Assembly: GCA_964016885.1 (NCBI GenBank)
Contig: OZ024741.1
Span: 97,898,001 to 97,962,000 of the forward strand
Source: Eledone cirrhosa
Lineage: Eukaryota
Direction: 5' to 3'
Length of the DNA: 64,000 bases
Within the stretch, counting starts at the first letter, position 1, and the number at the start of each line of letters is the position of its first letter. The notes under the pieces are model-generated. The model was given only the letters and a program-made list of their open reading frames with translations, was not told the DNA's origin and did not search any database. This document shows, piece by piece, positions 1 to 14,096 of this stretch. The position numbers and the translations under genes were made by a program.

Positions 1-608
1 ATTTCCCCTTGTATAATTATATATATAGTAGTCAGAGCAGAACAGAACGAAATCTAACAGAACCATATCAAAAAATCAAAACAAAACAAAATAGTAGTGT
101 AACCTCCATATGTCAGAATAAAATCTAATTTGGTTTCCATGTATACCTGGTGGTTAACTTGTTATTGTTTGTAATCAAAACCAGTTCAGGCTTAGATTAT
201 AGCAATATATGTTTGGTACTTCGCTTCAGGAACAGTGTTTTGGGAACACCAGAAAAATATGTTGTTTTCTCTTACATGAAATATATTTGGTGTTAGTTTT
301 TGTTAGTATATGTTTAGAAAATCTCTTATCTGTGTGTGCTCCATGTATTCCATACGGTGTAGTGAGACGAACACAATAAATTTTGGAAAGGCGCTGTGGG
401 AGATACTGTCGGTTTTTCTTTTCTCGAATTTTCTGAGTCGTTTGTTTAAAGGCCTAATGTACATGTAATAAATGTACTCACTAAAACACTTGTACTATTT
501 ACTTGTAATCCATAGATCTTCAATATTATTTCGCCTTTCAAACAGTAACCCATCAATTTTCGTTAAAACATCGATACATACATGTGTATATTTGTGTTAT
601 ATACGCAT

Positions 609-693
<85 letters not shown>

Positions 694-1026
694 ATATTGT
701 CGTTATGACAATACTATACATCATTTCACCTCTTTTATTATTGATGTTATTGATGTTCTTTTGAGAGAATCGATTTTGCAAATGAGTGTAAATATGGAAG
801 GATGTACGCCATTTTTACCAGTACCACAAAAATACTGGCCCAGTATTTGTCAGCATTTTCTTTCCCTTTTTACTAATCTATCTCTCTATATATATATATA
901 AATAAATTAATAAAAACAATGAATAAAAACAAAGAAACAGTTCCTCATATAAAAAAATACATCATTTTACGATCGTTTCTAGGATATATATGTGTGTGTT
1001 GGTATGTATATCATATATATCTATGT

Positions 1027-1078
<52 letters not shown>

Positions 1079-1545
1079 CTCTGTCTCTCTGTATATATAT
1101 ATAACAACTCTCGATACACATTCTGATGCATGCACGCGTATTGGCTCGCGTGTACACGTACGGATTTACACTCCATCACTCCATCGTCACACACATTCCT
1201 TGGCTATCACTTGGTAGTGTAAGTGTGCTTGTAACTCTTGTGCTTGTAATCTGTTATCACGTTGCACCCATTCCGGGATTGTGGCGCCGTTGGTATTGAA
1301 TGTTTCCCAGCTTTTACACCATCTCCACAAACTTTCCGGCTCTATCTCCACCCACGTAGCGGAATAGTGGCCAAAACATTAAGACATGTTTCCTACTATA
1401 TCAAACGTTAAATTATCTTTCCATTGTAATGTGTCATTACTAAACTCCATTGAAAATTTGTGATCTTTTTGCAAACAACAATTTCATGTAATGGACTAAA
1501 TAAGAATGGTGAAGCTGATTGCAGACCTAATTCAAGTATATCATT

Positions 1546-3400
1546 TCATTCACCAGCATTGCTCTCTGCGGAGCACAGTCCATTGACGACCCTCCACCAT
1601 CGTACACATCCTGGGCTGCTCTCGCCACTCACTCCACTCCAGATGGTTTCCAGTTTTCTTAATTCAGCCTCAGTGTCACGGCTGCAGCTTCCACAGGGAC
1701 GGCCACTCTTCATCTTATCCTGCGGGCTCCAGGTCAGGTCTTGGCGTGTGGTGTTGGATACTGGTGTCCTAGGGGTATGTCCAATCCAGTTACACTTTCT
1801 TCGTAGAATCTGCTTTGGCACTGGTTCCTGTCTCGCTCACTAACACAGATGTTTGTTTCTGATTTCTCTATTCATTTGGTGTTATAGATGCGCCTGGGAC
1901 AGAGGTTGACGAATGTCTGGATCTGTTGTGGCATCTTTTTTGTTGATCTGCAAGTTTCACATCTGTACCGCCTTCATGCTGGAGAAGAAGATGCGAAGTC
2001 TAGTTCTTGGGCAGATCTCTTTTAATGGCCAGACATACTTTAGCATAATGAAAGCTCCTCTTGCTTTGCCAATCCTGGCTGTAATATCTCGATCAGTTTC
2101 CCCACGGCGATCAACTATAATTCCGAGGTTGACAAATGACTACAAGTTTGTATGGGCTCTTCACCGACTGTGATTGGTGTGTTGGCAATGGTGTTGATCT
2201 TCATCGGTTCAGTTTTGTTTTGTTTTTTGTTTATCTTGAGTCCTGTTCCGGCTGACGTGGTCTCCAAGCGTAAAGTCTTGTCCTGGATCTGGTTGTAATT
2301 GTGTGACAACAAAGCCTGGTCATCAGAAAAATCGAGGTCATTCAATTGTGTACAGGATCTCCACTATATGCCAATATTCCTGTCTGTTGTAGTGTTTTTT
2401 TATTATCCACCCAATAACCAAGATTAACAGGAATAGTGACAGCAAACACCCCCTCACGAACTCCAGTCTTCACCTGAAGATTCTCTGACAGTTGACTGGC
2501 TTGGGCAATCTGACCCCTTATGTATTGGTAAGTGCACCGGATGAGGGAGATAATCTGTCCAGACACTCCGCAGCTTCCACCGTGCCTCTCTTTCTACATT
2601 GTCGAACTCTTTCTTGTAGTCTGTGAAGTTGATGTAGTGTGGAGAATTTCCACGCCACCGATTGCTCCACAATAAAGGATGAACTGTTAGTCTGATCAGT
2701 ACAGGATCTCTTCCTGTGGAATCCATTCCTCTAATCTCGGAGCTTGAGGTTGAATGCTTCCCTTATGCTCTCCCGTATTACTCTGCTGGGAACCATGCCA
2801 ATTACAACCAGGATCATGACCCTGCGGTAGTTGCTGAATTTTCTGATGTTACCCATCTTCAGAATTTTGATGATAATGCCTTCCTTCCACTGAGTTGGGA
2901 CATCTCCCTTCTAAGCTTGCAAATTTCTAGGCAGCATGACTGACCATGTTTTCGATGTAGTCTCAAGAAGGCTTGCTGTTTCTCTTCACTTCATTATTCT
3001 GCCGTTGTGTACTCTTCGTGTGCTCTTCGTTGTTGTTTCGTTTTCAGTGTGTTCCTTATCTATTTCCTTGCTTCCAGAGCTTCGATGGTGTTTGTAGATA
3101 TCCATTCCTTGTGCTATGTCTCCGCTGATACAGAAGCTATTAATCTAGTTATCCATCTTATTATCCAGGGCTCTCCGTGTGGCATTGTGTAGGTGTTAGT
3201 GCGGGAAGATTCTTCCTCCTCTCACCAGTTTGTTCAGAGAGCATAGGTTACTAAAGCGTTCACCATTCGCGTTAATCTGCATAAGACCATGTCTGCCCAT
3301 AATGTCCTCATAGCCCGTGTTGCCCTGTCCTATCATTGCGTTCAAATCTCCCATTATTATTGCCATCTCCTTGGTTCCTCCTTGCAGTAGTTGGTAAAAT
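1546..3400 (-). mobile_element. Decayed RTE-clade LINE (APE endonuclease remnant, RT and C-terminus), frameshifted
   Basis: Minus-strand peptides in the expected order: IIMGDLNAMIGQGNTGYEDIMGRHG (APE, ~3290-3360), YINFTDYKKEFDNV, VKTGVREG, DLDFSDDQALLSH (FADD-type motif), WIGHTPRTPVSNTTRQDLTWSPQ (RTE C-terminus). Confidence 0.9.
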
Positions 3401-4237
3401 TATAGGAACTCAAAAAGTCTCAAAGATTTTTTAACATTAGTGGATTTAATGCCATGACACATCAAAATGCATCTAAACTGTCATATATTTTCTTAATATT
3501 GGAATATGAATATTATTTCTAATATAAACGCGAGAAAAAAACATTAATAATTGTTTTCAGACATTCTTTCAATTAATTAATATTAGAGTGTTTATTCAAA
3601 ATAATGATTTTTAATTTATGCACAAGACTAAGAAAAATTGTTGGAAATCACAATTTATTAAATCAACACCACTGCATGATTGATATTCATATATGGACCC
3701 CGGTAAATGAAATTTAGATTTCACTTAAAGCGAAAAGAACCGGAACAAATACTGCTAAAATGTTTCCGATTCTCTAAATTCTCTGACAATCCACCACACT
3801 TGCATCCCAATATATGAAACTTTTAACTTCCATTATGTAGATTTTGTAAGAATGAATACATAATAAAATCTCGGCAACCAAAATCCTATTGAATTTACAA
3901 TATACAAATATCAACTGAAATGGCTGGAACACATTTGGAATTAGGATGGAAGAAAGGGTTCAGCAACCTTTCAAAATTGGAAATCCTCCGTACTTGCTGT
4001 TCGATTTGGCAAGAAAATTGAAAATAGGGAGACGAAAAGCTGTTAGAATTACCAGGGGAAATCAGAAATAAGTAGTAACTGCAATCTCCAACAAACTAAA
4101 TGCTCCGAATACAACTGAACTTGAGGCACAAGGTGACGATTTATGAATGAAGAAACTGTTCATCATCATGTGTGTTAGACAACCAAGGATTAGTATAAAA
4201 AATAAAATGTAGGCACACACAAATACATCAGCACATT

Positions 4238-4269
<32 letters not shown>

Positions 4270-4280
4270 CATGTAAACCA

Positions 4281-5120
4281 TGGTTTCTTATATAGGCACA
4301 AGCACAGCAATTTTGGGGGAGGAGAAAACCGATTAATTCGATGCCAGTGCGTGACTGGTACATTATGTCATCGACCCCGTAAGGATAAAATGCAAAATTA
4401 ACCTCGGCGGGATTTGAGCTCGGACCGAAAAGAACCGTAACTCTAAGTTGCAAAGCATGGTGTCCGACTCTTTACCGATACTGCCAATTCACCGCCATCT
4501 CTCTATATATATGTAAATAATTGTTTCTACTTTTGGCACAAGGCCAGCAATTATCCCAGAGCATTACTGGTACTTTATTTCATCGAACCCGTAAGGATGA
4601 AAGGCAAAGTTATCTTCGGCGAGATTTGAACTCAGAACGTAAAGGGCCGTAACTCTATGCTGTAAAGCGTGGTGTCTGACGCTCTATCGATACTGCCAAT
4701 TCACCGCCATCTCTCTCTATATATGTAAATAATTGTTTCTACTTTTGGCACAAGGTCAGCAATTATCCCAGAGCATTACTGGTACTTTATTTTATCGACC
4801 CCGTAAGGATGAAACGCAAAGTTAACCTCGGCGAGATTTGAACTCAGTCCAGAAAGGGCTGTAACTCTATGGTGCAAAGCATGGCGTCAGACTCGCTACC
4901 GATACAGCCAATCCACGGCCCTTATATATATGTAAATAATTATTTCTACTTTTTAGCACAAGGCCAGCAATTCACCAGTGCATGACTAGTACTTTATTTT
5001 ATCGACCCCGTAAGGATGAAAGGCAGAGTTAACCTCGGCGGGATTCGAACTCAGAATGGCAAGGATCGTAACTCTGTGCGTCAAAGTATAGCGTCTGACC
5101 CTCTACCGATTCTGCCAATC
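4281..5120 (-). mobile_element. Four tandem copies of a ~190-bp tRNA-derived SINE (4281-4496, 4516-4708, 4728-4920, 4935-5120)
   Basis: The reverse complement gives a GGCGGTGAATTGGCAGTATCGG A-box-like head, GAGTTCAAATC B-box, core TTTGCCTTTCATCCTTACGGGGTCGATAAAATAAAGTACCAG and tail GGCCTTGTGCCAAAAGTAGAAACAATTATT. The same unit is dispersed elsewhere in the window. Confidence 0.85.
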
Positions 5121-5662
5121 AAGTGAAAGAGACAGTTCTGGAAGAACTAGAGTGACACACCTTGTGAACAATTGTAAATAAGTGGTTGCGGTTGGGCGAC
5201 GACACGAGCACACTTCCCCTGCTGACTCAACTTAGAACAGGATATAACGATCAATAATTTCCACTTATACAAAATAAGCTGAGTAAAATTCATGTCCGGT
5301 ATCGGAGCAAGGTGCTGATATACCTAATGCTGCTGTTCAATCAGCATTTTCACCTTTATAATATTACTCCAATAAAGGATTGAAAAGAAATCTTTGAAGT
5401 AGAAAGTATTCACACACACATACACATATACAGGTACATATGTTGACAAACAGAAATGAGGCGATTTATATATGACTGTTCACGCATGTACGGCTGGAGG
5501 ATGTGTAAATCAGTATGAATATATCGATATCATTTTTATTAGTTTTCAGTTAAATATGACCACACATTAGATCACGTTCACTTTCTCTTCACCTTTCTCT
5601 CTTGGCTATCCCCTCACTATTCTCTATTTCTCTACTCCCCCCTTCTCTATCTCTCTCCCTCC

Positions 5663-5707
<45 letters not shown>

Positions 5708-5724
5708 ATATATAAATACACATG

Positions 5725-5766
<42 letters not shown>

Positions 5767-5828
5767 TATGCATATATTTACACAAAAACACACACAAACA
5801 CACACACACAAACACATCTATCTATCTA

Positions 5829-5865
<37 letters not shown>

Positions 5866-6027
5866 ATATATATATATATATATCACAAGTAAGTATGTTT
5901 TGAAACAGTGAGCGGGTTTGAAATTAGAAAATAGAATAGCTTTCACCGTATTTTTGACTAAAGAAATTTTAGCCTGATAATGGGGTTTAGAACCCTCAGA
6001 CAAATGGGAAAAGACGAGTATTGACGT

Positions 6028-6167
<140 letters not shown>

Positions 6168-6597
6168 GTATATATATATGTGCGTGTGTATGCATATACA
6201 TTATTTATTTATGTTCATAACCGACGAAAAACGCTACCTAAGGTTTCAAGGTCCAATTATGACCATCTAATCACATTGTGCACGGTGATGGAGAGTGACT
6301 AATTTGTGAGGTAGTTCCCGGGCACTTGGTCGAGTCTGAAGACACCGTAAGAAAATATAGATATTTACGAGAAAACTAGAGATCCGTCGCTTTTTTCCTT
6401 TTTTGTATTTTACATTTGAAATAATCGGTTCTAGAAGACACCAAAACGGGAAAAATTGACACTCGGATCATATTAGGGGTGTCATGTACCCTATTATTTT
6501 GACTATTTCTTTATCATCCCCCAAAAAACGATGAACCTCCTAACTCACGCATACATTCCAAATCGTTCCTTAACACAATCCAAATATATATATGTGC

Positions 6598-6650
<53 letters not shown>

Positions 6651-6657
6651 CATACGT

Positions 6658-6739
<82 letters not shown>

Positions 6740-6799
6740 GTGAGGTTTATATGAAAAAATGGGGAGAAGAATACTGCAGGTTGCACATGGATAACATGT

Positions 6800-7130
6800 A
6801 ATAAAATGAGTCCCTCATCAGTGATTTGCCGACGATCATAGATATTTCATTGCATTAAAAATCATATACCTCACGTCGGTGCAATAATAACTAAATTAAG
6901 TTATTAGGACAATTAAAACGCGTAAAGCGAGTGAGACAAGATAACAACAAAGAGGAGAGCTAATCGTAGAGAGGAAGGGAACAAGCTACATAGTTATTCT
7001 GTTAGCATAAGCTAGGTGAATATATGAGCGCTTAGAAAAAAGACCTTTCGGGATGAATCCAAATGTGAGAAAGAAAGAATTTGTTTTCGTCGCGAACGGG
7101 GTGAAGTGAGAAGGGGAGATATATAATATA
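6800..7130. repeat. Diverged dispersed copy of the ~524-bp repeat arrayed at 17.2-18.6 kb
   Basis: AGTCCCTCATCAGTGAT...GCATTAAAAATCATATACCTC...AAGTTATTAGGACA...AAGCGAGTGAGACA aligns by eye with 17193-17325. Confidence 0.7.
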
Positions 7131-7518
7131 TATATATATATATTTATTAAAATAACAGATTGAAGTTTAAGCAAAAAATCGGTGCTTTCACCAAAGTTTC
7201 GTCTTCCTGTCTTCCTCCGGTTGCAACGTTTTTTGAAATATCCACTTCTGCGTTTACAGATTGACTTTGTTAGTTTCAGAAGATCCAGTCAGTTAAGGGT
7301 GAAAGCAGCGATTATTTGCTTAAACTTTAATATGTTATTTTAATAAATATTTGCCCTACGGTTCTTATATATTTGATATATATTTATCCTTATCGAGCCC
7401 TCTTTGGATTTTAGTCTTCAAATTTATTATTATTACTATATATATATATATATATATATATAGGAACGAGTAGGACCCCGACGGCTGAGCTCACGCCGTT
7501 TCGACGGCTAATTCTGGA

Positions 7519-7562
<44 letters not shown>

Positions 7563-7600
7563 GAAAGTAAAACAAAGAAGCCTTCAATACATCAAAAGTC

Positions 7601-7652
7601 TTTATTAGCCAACAATGTTTCGTCCTATTAAGGACTCATTAGGGCAATTAAA
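7601..7652 (-). ncRNA. Degenerate minimal hammerhead ribozyme motif
   Basis: Reverse complement gcc-CTAATGA-gtcct-taat-aggac-GAAA-cattg-TT-ggc. The core has G5>A. Same family as 21026-21085; both lie just inside a (TA)n tract. Confidence 0.55.
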
Positions 7653-8549
7653 AGAACAAGAAGTATTATCGGCCAATACAAGCCGGAAACTCCGAAGAAT
7701 ATGGAGTGTACATACACTAAAGTATTGCAAGATTACTTTGTGTATATATATATAAATACAATATATATATATATATATATATGGGGGGGGGAGTCTGTGC
7801 CTGTGTGTATTTATGTGTGTCTAGATATTTGCAGGAAGATATGTGCATGTGCGTAAGCGTACATGCAATTAAAAAATGATGCTAGGTGATCAGTCAACAA
7901 GTTCATATCTCAAACATTTGGTTATTACTGCCAACACCGAATATAAAAGCCTTCACATTAAATGGTCTCATGTGGAATACGTGTTGAATGTTTAGCTATT
8001 TACATTATAAATTAATGAATGTACAGCTTAGACTATCAACTAACTGCATTACTCATCGTCAAAGCCGTGACAATAATAACTAAAGAAAAACATATAATAC
8101 CGCTAGAAGTAATATTCATATTATTCCTGAAAATATATTTTCTGCCCATTGGTCCAAATATTGATGACATCAACCGACAGATCAGTCAATGAAATCAACG
8201 GATTTACACGTTGTCGACAAAGATAAATTTATACATCATTTTCGTCTAAGTGAAATTAGTGTTTACTACCGTTAAAGTAACATATATACAGATATACAAA
8301 CATATACACATTCACATGTTGCGTGCATATGAGCGTGTATATGCTTGGTTATGTATCCATGTGTATGTATATGTATGTGAGTGTGTTTGTGTATGTGCAC
8401 GTGTGTCACTTCCCTATAGCAAGATCACTTAAAATGTGTAATTATTGCAAAAATGTGCATATACATATATATATACCGGAGGTATATGGTCTTTAAAGCG
8501 ACGAAATACCAATGATGGTTGGAAGATCACTGATGAAGGACTAACTTTA

Positions 8550-8552
<3 letters not shown>

Positions 8553-8604
<52 letters not shown>

Positions 8605-8616
8605 GTATATATATAT

Positions 8617-8705
<89 letters not shown>

Positions 8706-8725
8706 TTATATATATATATATATAC

Positions 8726-8799
<74 letters not shown>

Positions 8800-8816
8800 T
8801 TATATATATATATATT

Positions 8817-8892
<76 letters not shown>

Positions 8893-8948
8893 AACCTGAC
8901 ATGTGCTTTCATAACCTGTGATATTCTGGCGTACGAAGTGCAAAATGC

Positions 8949-9010
<62 letters not shown>
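8553..9010. repeat. Long interrupted (TA)n microsatellite with a 61-bp insert
   Basis: Direct reading; the insert at 8892-8952 duplicates 9081-9141. Confidence 0.95.
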
Positions 9011-9016
<6 letters not shown>

Positions 9017-9507
9017 GCACATTTTTGCAATAATTACACATGCTGAATTCACTGGCCAAAATAGGGGTTTCCTCCCCTTAGAACCTCAAATGTGCTTTCA
9101 TAACCTGTGAGATTCTGGCGCACGAAGTGCAAAATGCCTGTCGAGAAAGCAATGCCTTGTTCGATTATTATACCAAAAGCTTATTTTTTATAAGCAGACA
9201 GTATTATTGATTTAGGTGTTGCAGAAACACAAATATCGGAGTATTCCATCTTCCCCGAGGGTCGGTAACTATTTCAATCATATCTTATTTTGTTTGACCC
9301 GTTTAGCTTGTTCGCTTTTTTGGCTAAGATGGTTAATGGCTTCTTAACCATCGTCTCAGTTTGTATGACCATTTTAACTTATGTTTATAGGTCTGGTATC
9401 TTCATATCCATGTAGCGCTTGTCTGCAAAATACAGAAATTGCTTTGCGCCAATTTCTACCCGCCGAAATGCGATTCTCGCTAAAGTTATATTTATATGTA
9501 TATATAT

Positions 9508-9879
9508 TATTAGAAATGTAAGCTATCGCCGTATTTTGACTAAAGAAATTAAAGAAATTATTTAGCCTGATAGTGGGGTTAAGAACCCTCGGAGAAATGA
9601 AAAAAGATGAGTATTGACGTAAATAGGAGTCAAACCTACATCTTTGGTTATCCAGACCACTGTGCTACCATTTAGACCAACACATCACCCGTCGCTTTCC
9701 ATTCAAATTAGAAACTATAAACTTAGCGAGTGTAATGTCAAGTAAGAATATTTTCGAAACAGCGAGTGGGTTTGAAATTATTAGAAATGTAAGCTATCGC
9801 CGTATTTTGACTAAAGAAATTAAAGAAATTATTTAGCCTGATAGTGGGGTTAAGAACCCCACTATCAGACTAAATAATT
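9508..9879. repeat. ~271-bp partial tandem repeat containing a tRNA-like segment (9615-9686, minus) and ending in a 25-bp hairpin
   Basis: 9508-9589 recurs at 9779-9859, and a related copy lies at 5885-6030. The minus strand gives GATGTGTTGGTCTAAATGGTAGCAC-AGTGGTCTGGATAACCA-AAGAT-GTAGGTTTGACTCCTAT-TTACGTCA, a cloverleaf-like sequence. Confidence 0.7.
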
Positions 9880-10225
9880 ATCTTGGGACTGTGTTCACGA
9901 ATAATTGATGCAGGAGGCTGAATTAATTGCAAGATGTGCAGGAACAGTTGCAGTATTGCACCAGCTTCTATATTTAGTAAAAAGTTAGGCATAAAACACA
10001 AACTCGCTACCTTCACTTCTGCATAAGTGCCAACTCTTGGGGAATGACTGAAAGAATACGATCCTGAATACAATCGGCCGAAATAGGTGTTGATTCCAAG
10101 GCTCTTTGGAGTAACATTGCTCGAAACAGTGCGTGGCTCTGAGATCACAGAGTCACTCCAGGTAGAACCGAGCTGTCTCCGAATTGAGGACTCTGCCCTC
10201 ACGACGATCTCAGGAATAATTGGGC

Positions 10226-10294
10226 GAAGAAGAAGAAGAAGAAGAAGAAGAAGAAGAAGAAGAAGAAGAAGAAGAAGAAGAAGAAGAAGAAGAA
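10226..10294 (+). repeat. (GAA)n microsatellite
   Basis: Direct reading. Confidence 0.97.
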
Positions 10295-11102
10295 ACCTGT
10301 TCCTTTTATCTCCTTTTATGGTGTACAAGTAATCCGCTAAATGCTGGTGCTCCACTTAATCAAAGTCCCTTTCTACGTCTCTTCAGAAGGATTTCTTAGT
10401 GAAAAATAACTATCCCCAATTAATTTGTCTAATTAATTTATAAAAACAACTAGAGTATCATTGTAAGTATTGTCTTACTAAAATTGGTCGTTTCATTGAA
10501 TGTCTATTCTGATCTTGTGATAGAGAATGAAATGTATGTTTAAATACTTAATCTGACATGATTAGTTTTGTATTCTCTCGTGTTATTTGCTAAATGTCTA
10601 CTTGCATTAAACAGAATTATTTTTAAATTGGAGAGTAAAAGCTAACGATAAAAGTTACACAGAATGTTAAACTTAAATTGCTGAAGAACATACATTGAAG
10701 AAAATCAAATGTAATTACATATAATAAATGAATACAAGGTCACTTAGTGTTAAAATCTTAATGTTCTCTTCTGAAGACGAGAAAATGTACTGCTGGGTTT
10801 GTAATTGTAAAAAACAAAAATAAAAAATAAATTAACTTAACGTTAAAATTGTTTTGAATTCAACTCCCCATGTATTTTCTTTGCTAAATCGATAGTGATT
10901 TTAACAAGTACGTGACACAGAAAAATAAAAAATAAAAACATATAAATGAACTCTTTTCAATGATTAAATTATTCTTTTATTGTTACAATAAATTCATAAA
11001 TTATATCGCAAATATCTATTTATCCATTTGAAAGTGTACAACTGATTCATTATACACATATACATACATACGTGCAAACACGCACACGCACTTCTATGTA
11101 TG

Positions 11103-11181
<79 letters not shown>

Positions 11182-11255
11182 TAATATATATATATATATA
11201 CATATGTATATATTTATATTTATATGTATTTTGTGTGTGTGTGCGCGCGCGCGTG

Positions 11256-11293
<38 letters not shown>

Positions 11294-11957
11294 TACACAT
11301 ACATATATATAGAGAGAAAGACAGTGATAGATAAATAAATAAATCGATAGATAGATATGTGTGTATATCAAATATCAATTTTGCTTTTTAAAATTTTGTG
11401 AAATATGTGTTTATGTGTCATGTTATGTAACGCATCTTTCGGTTTTGCTTCTTTTGGAAAAAGAATCGATCCCATATCGCCACGTTATCTGCAGGTTGAT
11501 TTCTATAATTAATACATTTTTATTATATGATTAAATACTTCATCTCTCTTTCTCTCTGTCTCTCTCTAGTTCTCTCTCGAGCTCTCTCTCTCCCTATATA
11601 TAGATACATAACACACAACATGTACGCATACATGAATGTATGTAGGGGGTTGTGCGTGTGCGGGCAGTGTCTATATTCAGACGTATTTGTCGTCCCTATC
11701 TTTAGCGATCAACCTAGAAGGTATTTTATTATTAAATGCACAGCATGTTTCGTTCCCGTATCTTTTTAATTCTGTGTAGATATTTGAGAACTGAACTCGA
11801 TTTGTATTTCATAAGTGATAATAGTGAATAAAAAATTAAATTCTTAGCATATTTTGACGTTCATGGAAAATGAAATGAAGTATTGAATATATCATTGCCG
11901 AAGAATATTAAATGTGGATGAATATTTTTTTTCCTGTATTCATTATTTCATAAACAC

Positions 11958-12149
11958 GGCGGTGGATTGGCAGTATTGGTAGAGGGTCGGACGCCATGCT
12001 TTGACGTATAGATTTACGGCCCTTGCCATTCTGAGTTCAAATCCCGCCGAAGTTAACTTTGCCTTTCATCCTTACGGGATCGATAAAATAAAGTACCAGT
12101 AATGCACTGGGTAATTGCTGGCCTTGTGCCTAACGTAGAAACAATTATT
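11958..12149 (+). mobile_element. tRNA-derived SINE (same family as 4281-5120)
   Basis: GGCGGTGGATTGGCAGTATTGG...GAGTTCAAATCCC...CCTTTCATCCTTACGGG...GTAGAAACAATTATT. Confidence 0.88.
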
Positions 12150-13817
12150 TCATAAATACGTTGGTATATAACATTTTTGTTTAACTTTTCAGAAAACATC
12201 ACATATAACTCCCCATATACATCCACAAAGAACGATGCACACACACACACACACATACACACATACGCACACACACACACTCACACAGACACGCACGCAC
12301 GCCTACGCGCACACACACGCGCGCTCACAAACACAGACGCACTCACAGACACACACATATGCTCATGTATATGGATATCTTCCTTGGAGATAATGCGGTT
12401 ATAATTATATATAAATCTACATGTTCAACATGATTTCCAAACCCTTTCGCACACACGCTCCCACCCCACATATTTATTATGTATATATATATATATATGC
12501 GTTTGTGGGTTTGTTTGTGTGTATATGTATATATATATATATATATAAAGGAAAAATACGCTACATTTATTCACATTTCTGCCCGGACAACGATCACACA
12601 CACGCCTGCTCACTTTTCAACTTATTCACACACATATCATCACAGATTTGTACAGACAGACCACAAACACACACACGTAGACGCATGCCCATACACGCTC
12701 ACACTCACCGACACACACACTCACACAAACTTGCAGATATTCATATTCACACGCAATAGAAAAGTATTTTTTTCTTTTAGCACGAGATAGGCTGCTTGGG
12801 ATTACAACCTTTCAAAAGACGTCCAACTCAACTTTCTACGCCATAAATTCTCCTATCAAGAGTTACGAAAAGACCAGCTTTTACTCGAAGCCATTTTTTC
12901 GTTCGTGCTCCTGCTCACCTTCCTCGTTATTTCTATTTCTTCTTTAATTTCTTATTGTCTTCTGATGATGAAGAACTAGCGTCCGAAATGTTAAACTAAT
13001 GAATGGATCTTCATTATACTTCATTATCTGCTGTGTTTTACAATTTATATATATTTACATATATATATTTCGTTTCTGAATTTGGTTAGCAATATTCTTT
13101 ATCTGAAATTGTGTGTTGAAACCGATATTGTTATACTTTGGGAGGGTCATGTTGCCAATAAGAAACACACGCACCAGTTGCATTCACTTCAATTTATTAT
13201 AATAAATTTATAAATTTAGGAATTTAGAAATTTCTGGTTGGTTGGTTAGTTCCACAACCAGATAGTTGTTTATATATCGTCAAAGTTATTTCGTCACACA
13301 TTCTGTGACCTCTTCAGTGACTGGGGATTCTTTTCTTTGTTTTTGTGCCTCTCCTTTCTTCTGTCCTACGCCATTTTGTTTCTGTGTGTATATTATGGAA
13401 TACTGTTGGCTTTTTGCTACAATGTTTTCTATACCTTTCATTTATTTATATATATATATACACAAACAAACACACAAACGCATATATACAACACACACAT
13501 AAGCTAAATAATGCTCAGAGCCAACACAACCATGATGAAATAAGAAACTATCTTGGTTGCAGGTATTTGTCACCAAGATTGATTGTGAATATATATGTGT
13601 AAGCATAACTCGTTTTTCTTTTCAATAGAATGTGGTGGATTAATATCAATGTTTCCGCATATACCACAAACGCTTATAGTATTTTTGGTGATATATATTT
13701 GAAGCAATAAAGTATTTTTGTTATTAAAATTTATACTAAATTTGATACACCTTATGCGGCAGCCAATATATTTAGGACAAGGTTAATCTTCACATTTCGA
13801 AGATTCTATTTGTGTAA

Positions 13818-13818
13818 T

Positions 13819-13849
<31 letters not shown>

Positions 13850-13999
13850 ATGCTACTGATGCTGCTGCTGTTTCATTTTCTTCTTCTTCTTCTTCTTCTT
13901 CTTCTTCTTCTTCTTCTTCTTCTTCTTCTTCTTCTTCTTCTTCTTCTTCTTCTTCTTCTTCTTCTTCTTCTATCTCTCTTCTTTCCGCACACTCACACA

Positions 14000-14033
<34 letters not shown>

Positions 14034-14036
14034 TAA

Positions 14037-14092
<56 letters not shown>
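13818..14092. repeat. Compound microsatellite (GCT)n(GAT)n(TTC)n(CA)n(TA)n
   Basis: Direct reading. Confidence 0.95.

Positions 14093-14096
<4 letters not shown>

Noticed and set aside
120-460. Possible GIY-YIG relic on the minus strand
   Set aside because: Too decayed for any motif to be assigned.
9615-9686. Functional tRNA gene
   Set aside because: The acceptor and D arms are imperfect, the T loop is TTTGACT, and it is embedded in a repeat; treated as tRNA-derived only.
9880-10225. Possible 3' end of an RLE LINE ahead of the (GAA)n run, or a host exon
   Set aside because: Only a vague TLLETVR similarity; no splice or domain evidence.
12955-13005. CTGATGA...GAAA hammerhead candidate (similar weak hits near 6335, 10770, 17025-17060 and 50205-50260)
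   Set aside because: The stems do not pair convincingly or the core is incomplete; such hits are expected by chance.
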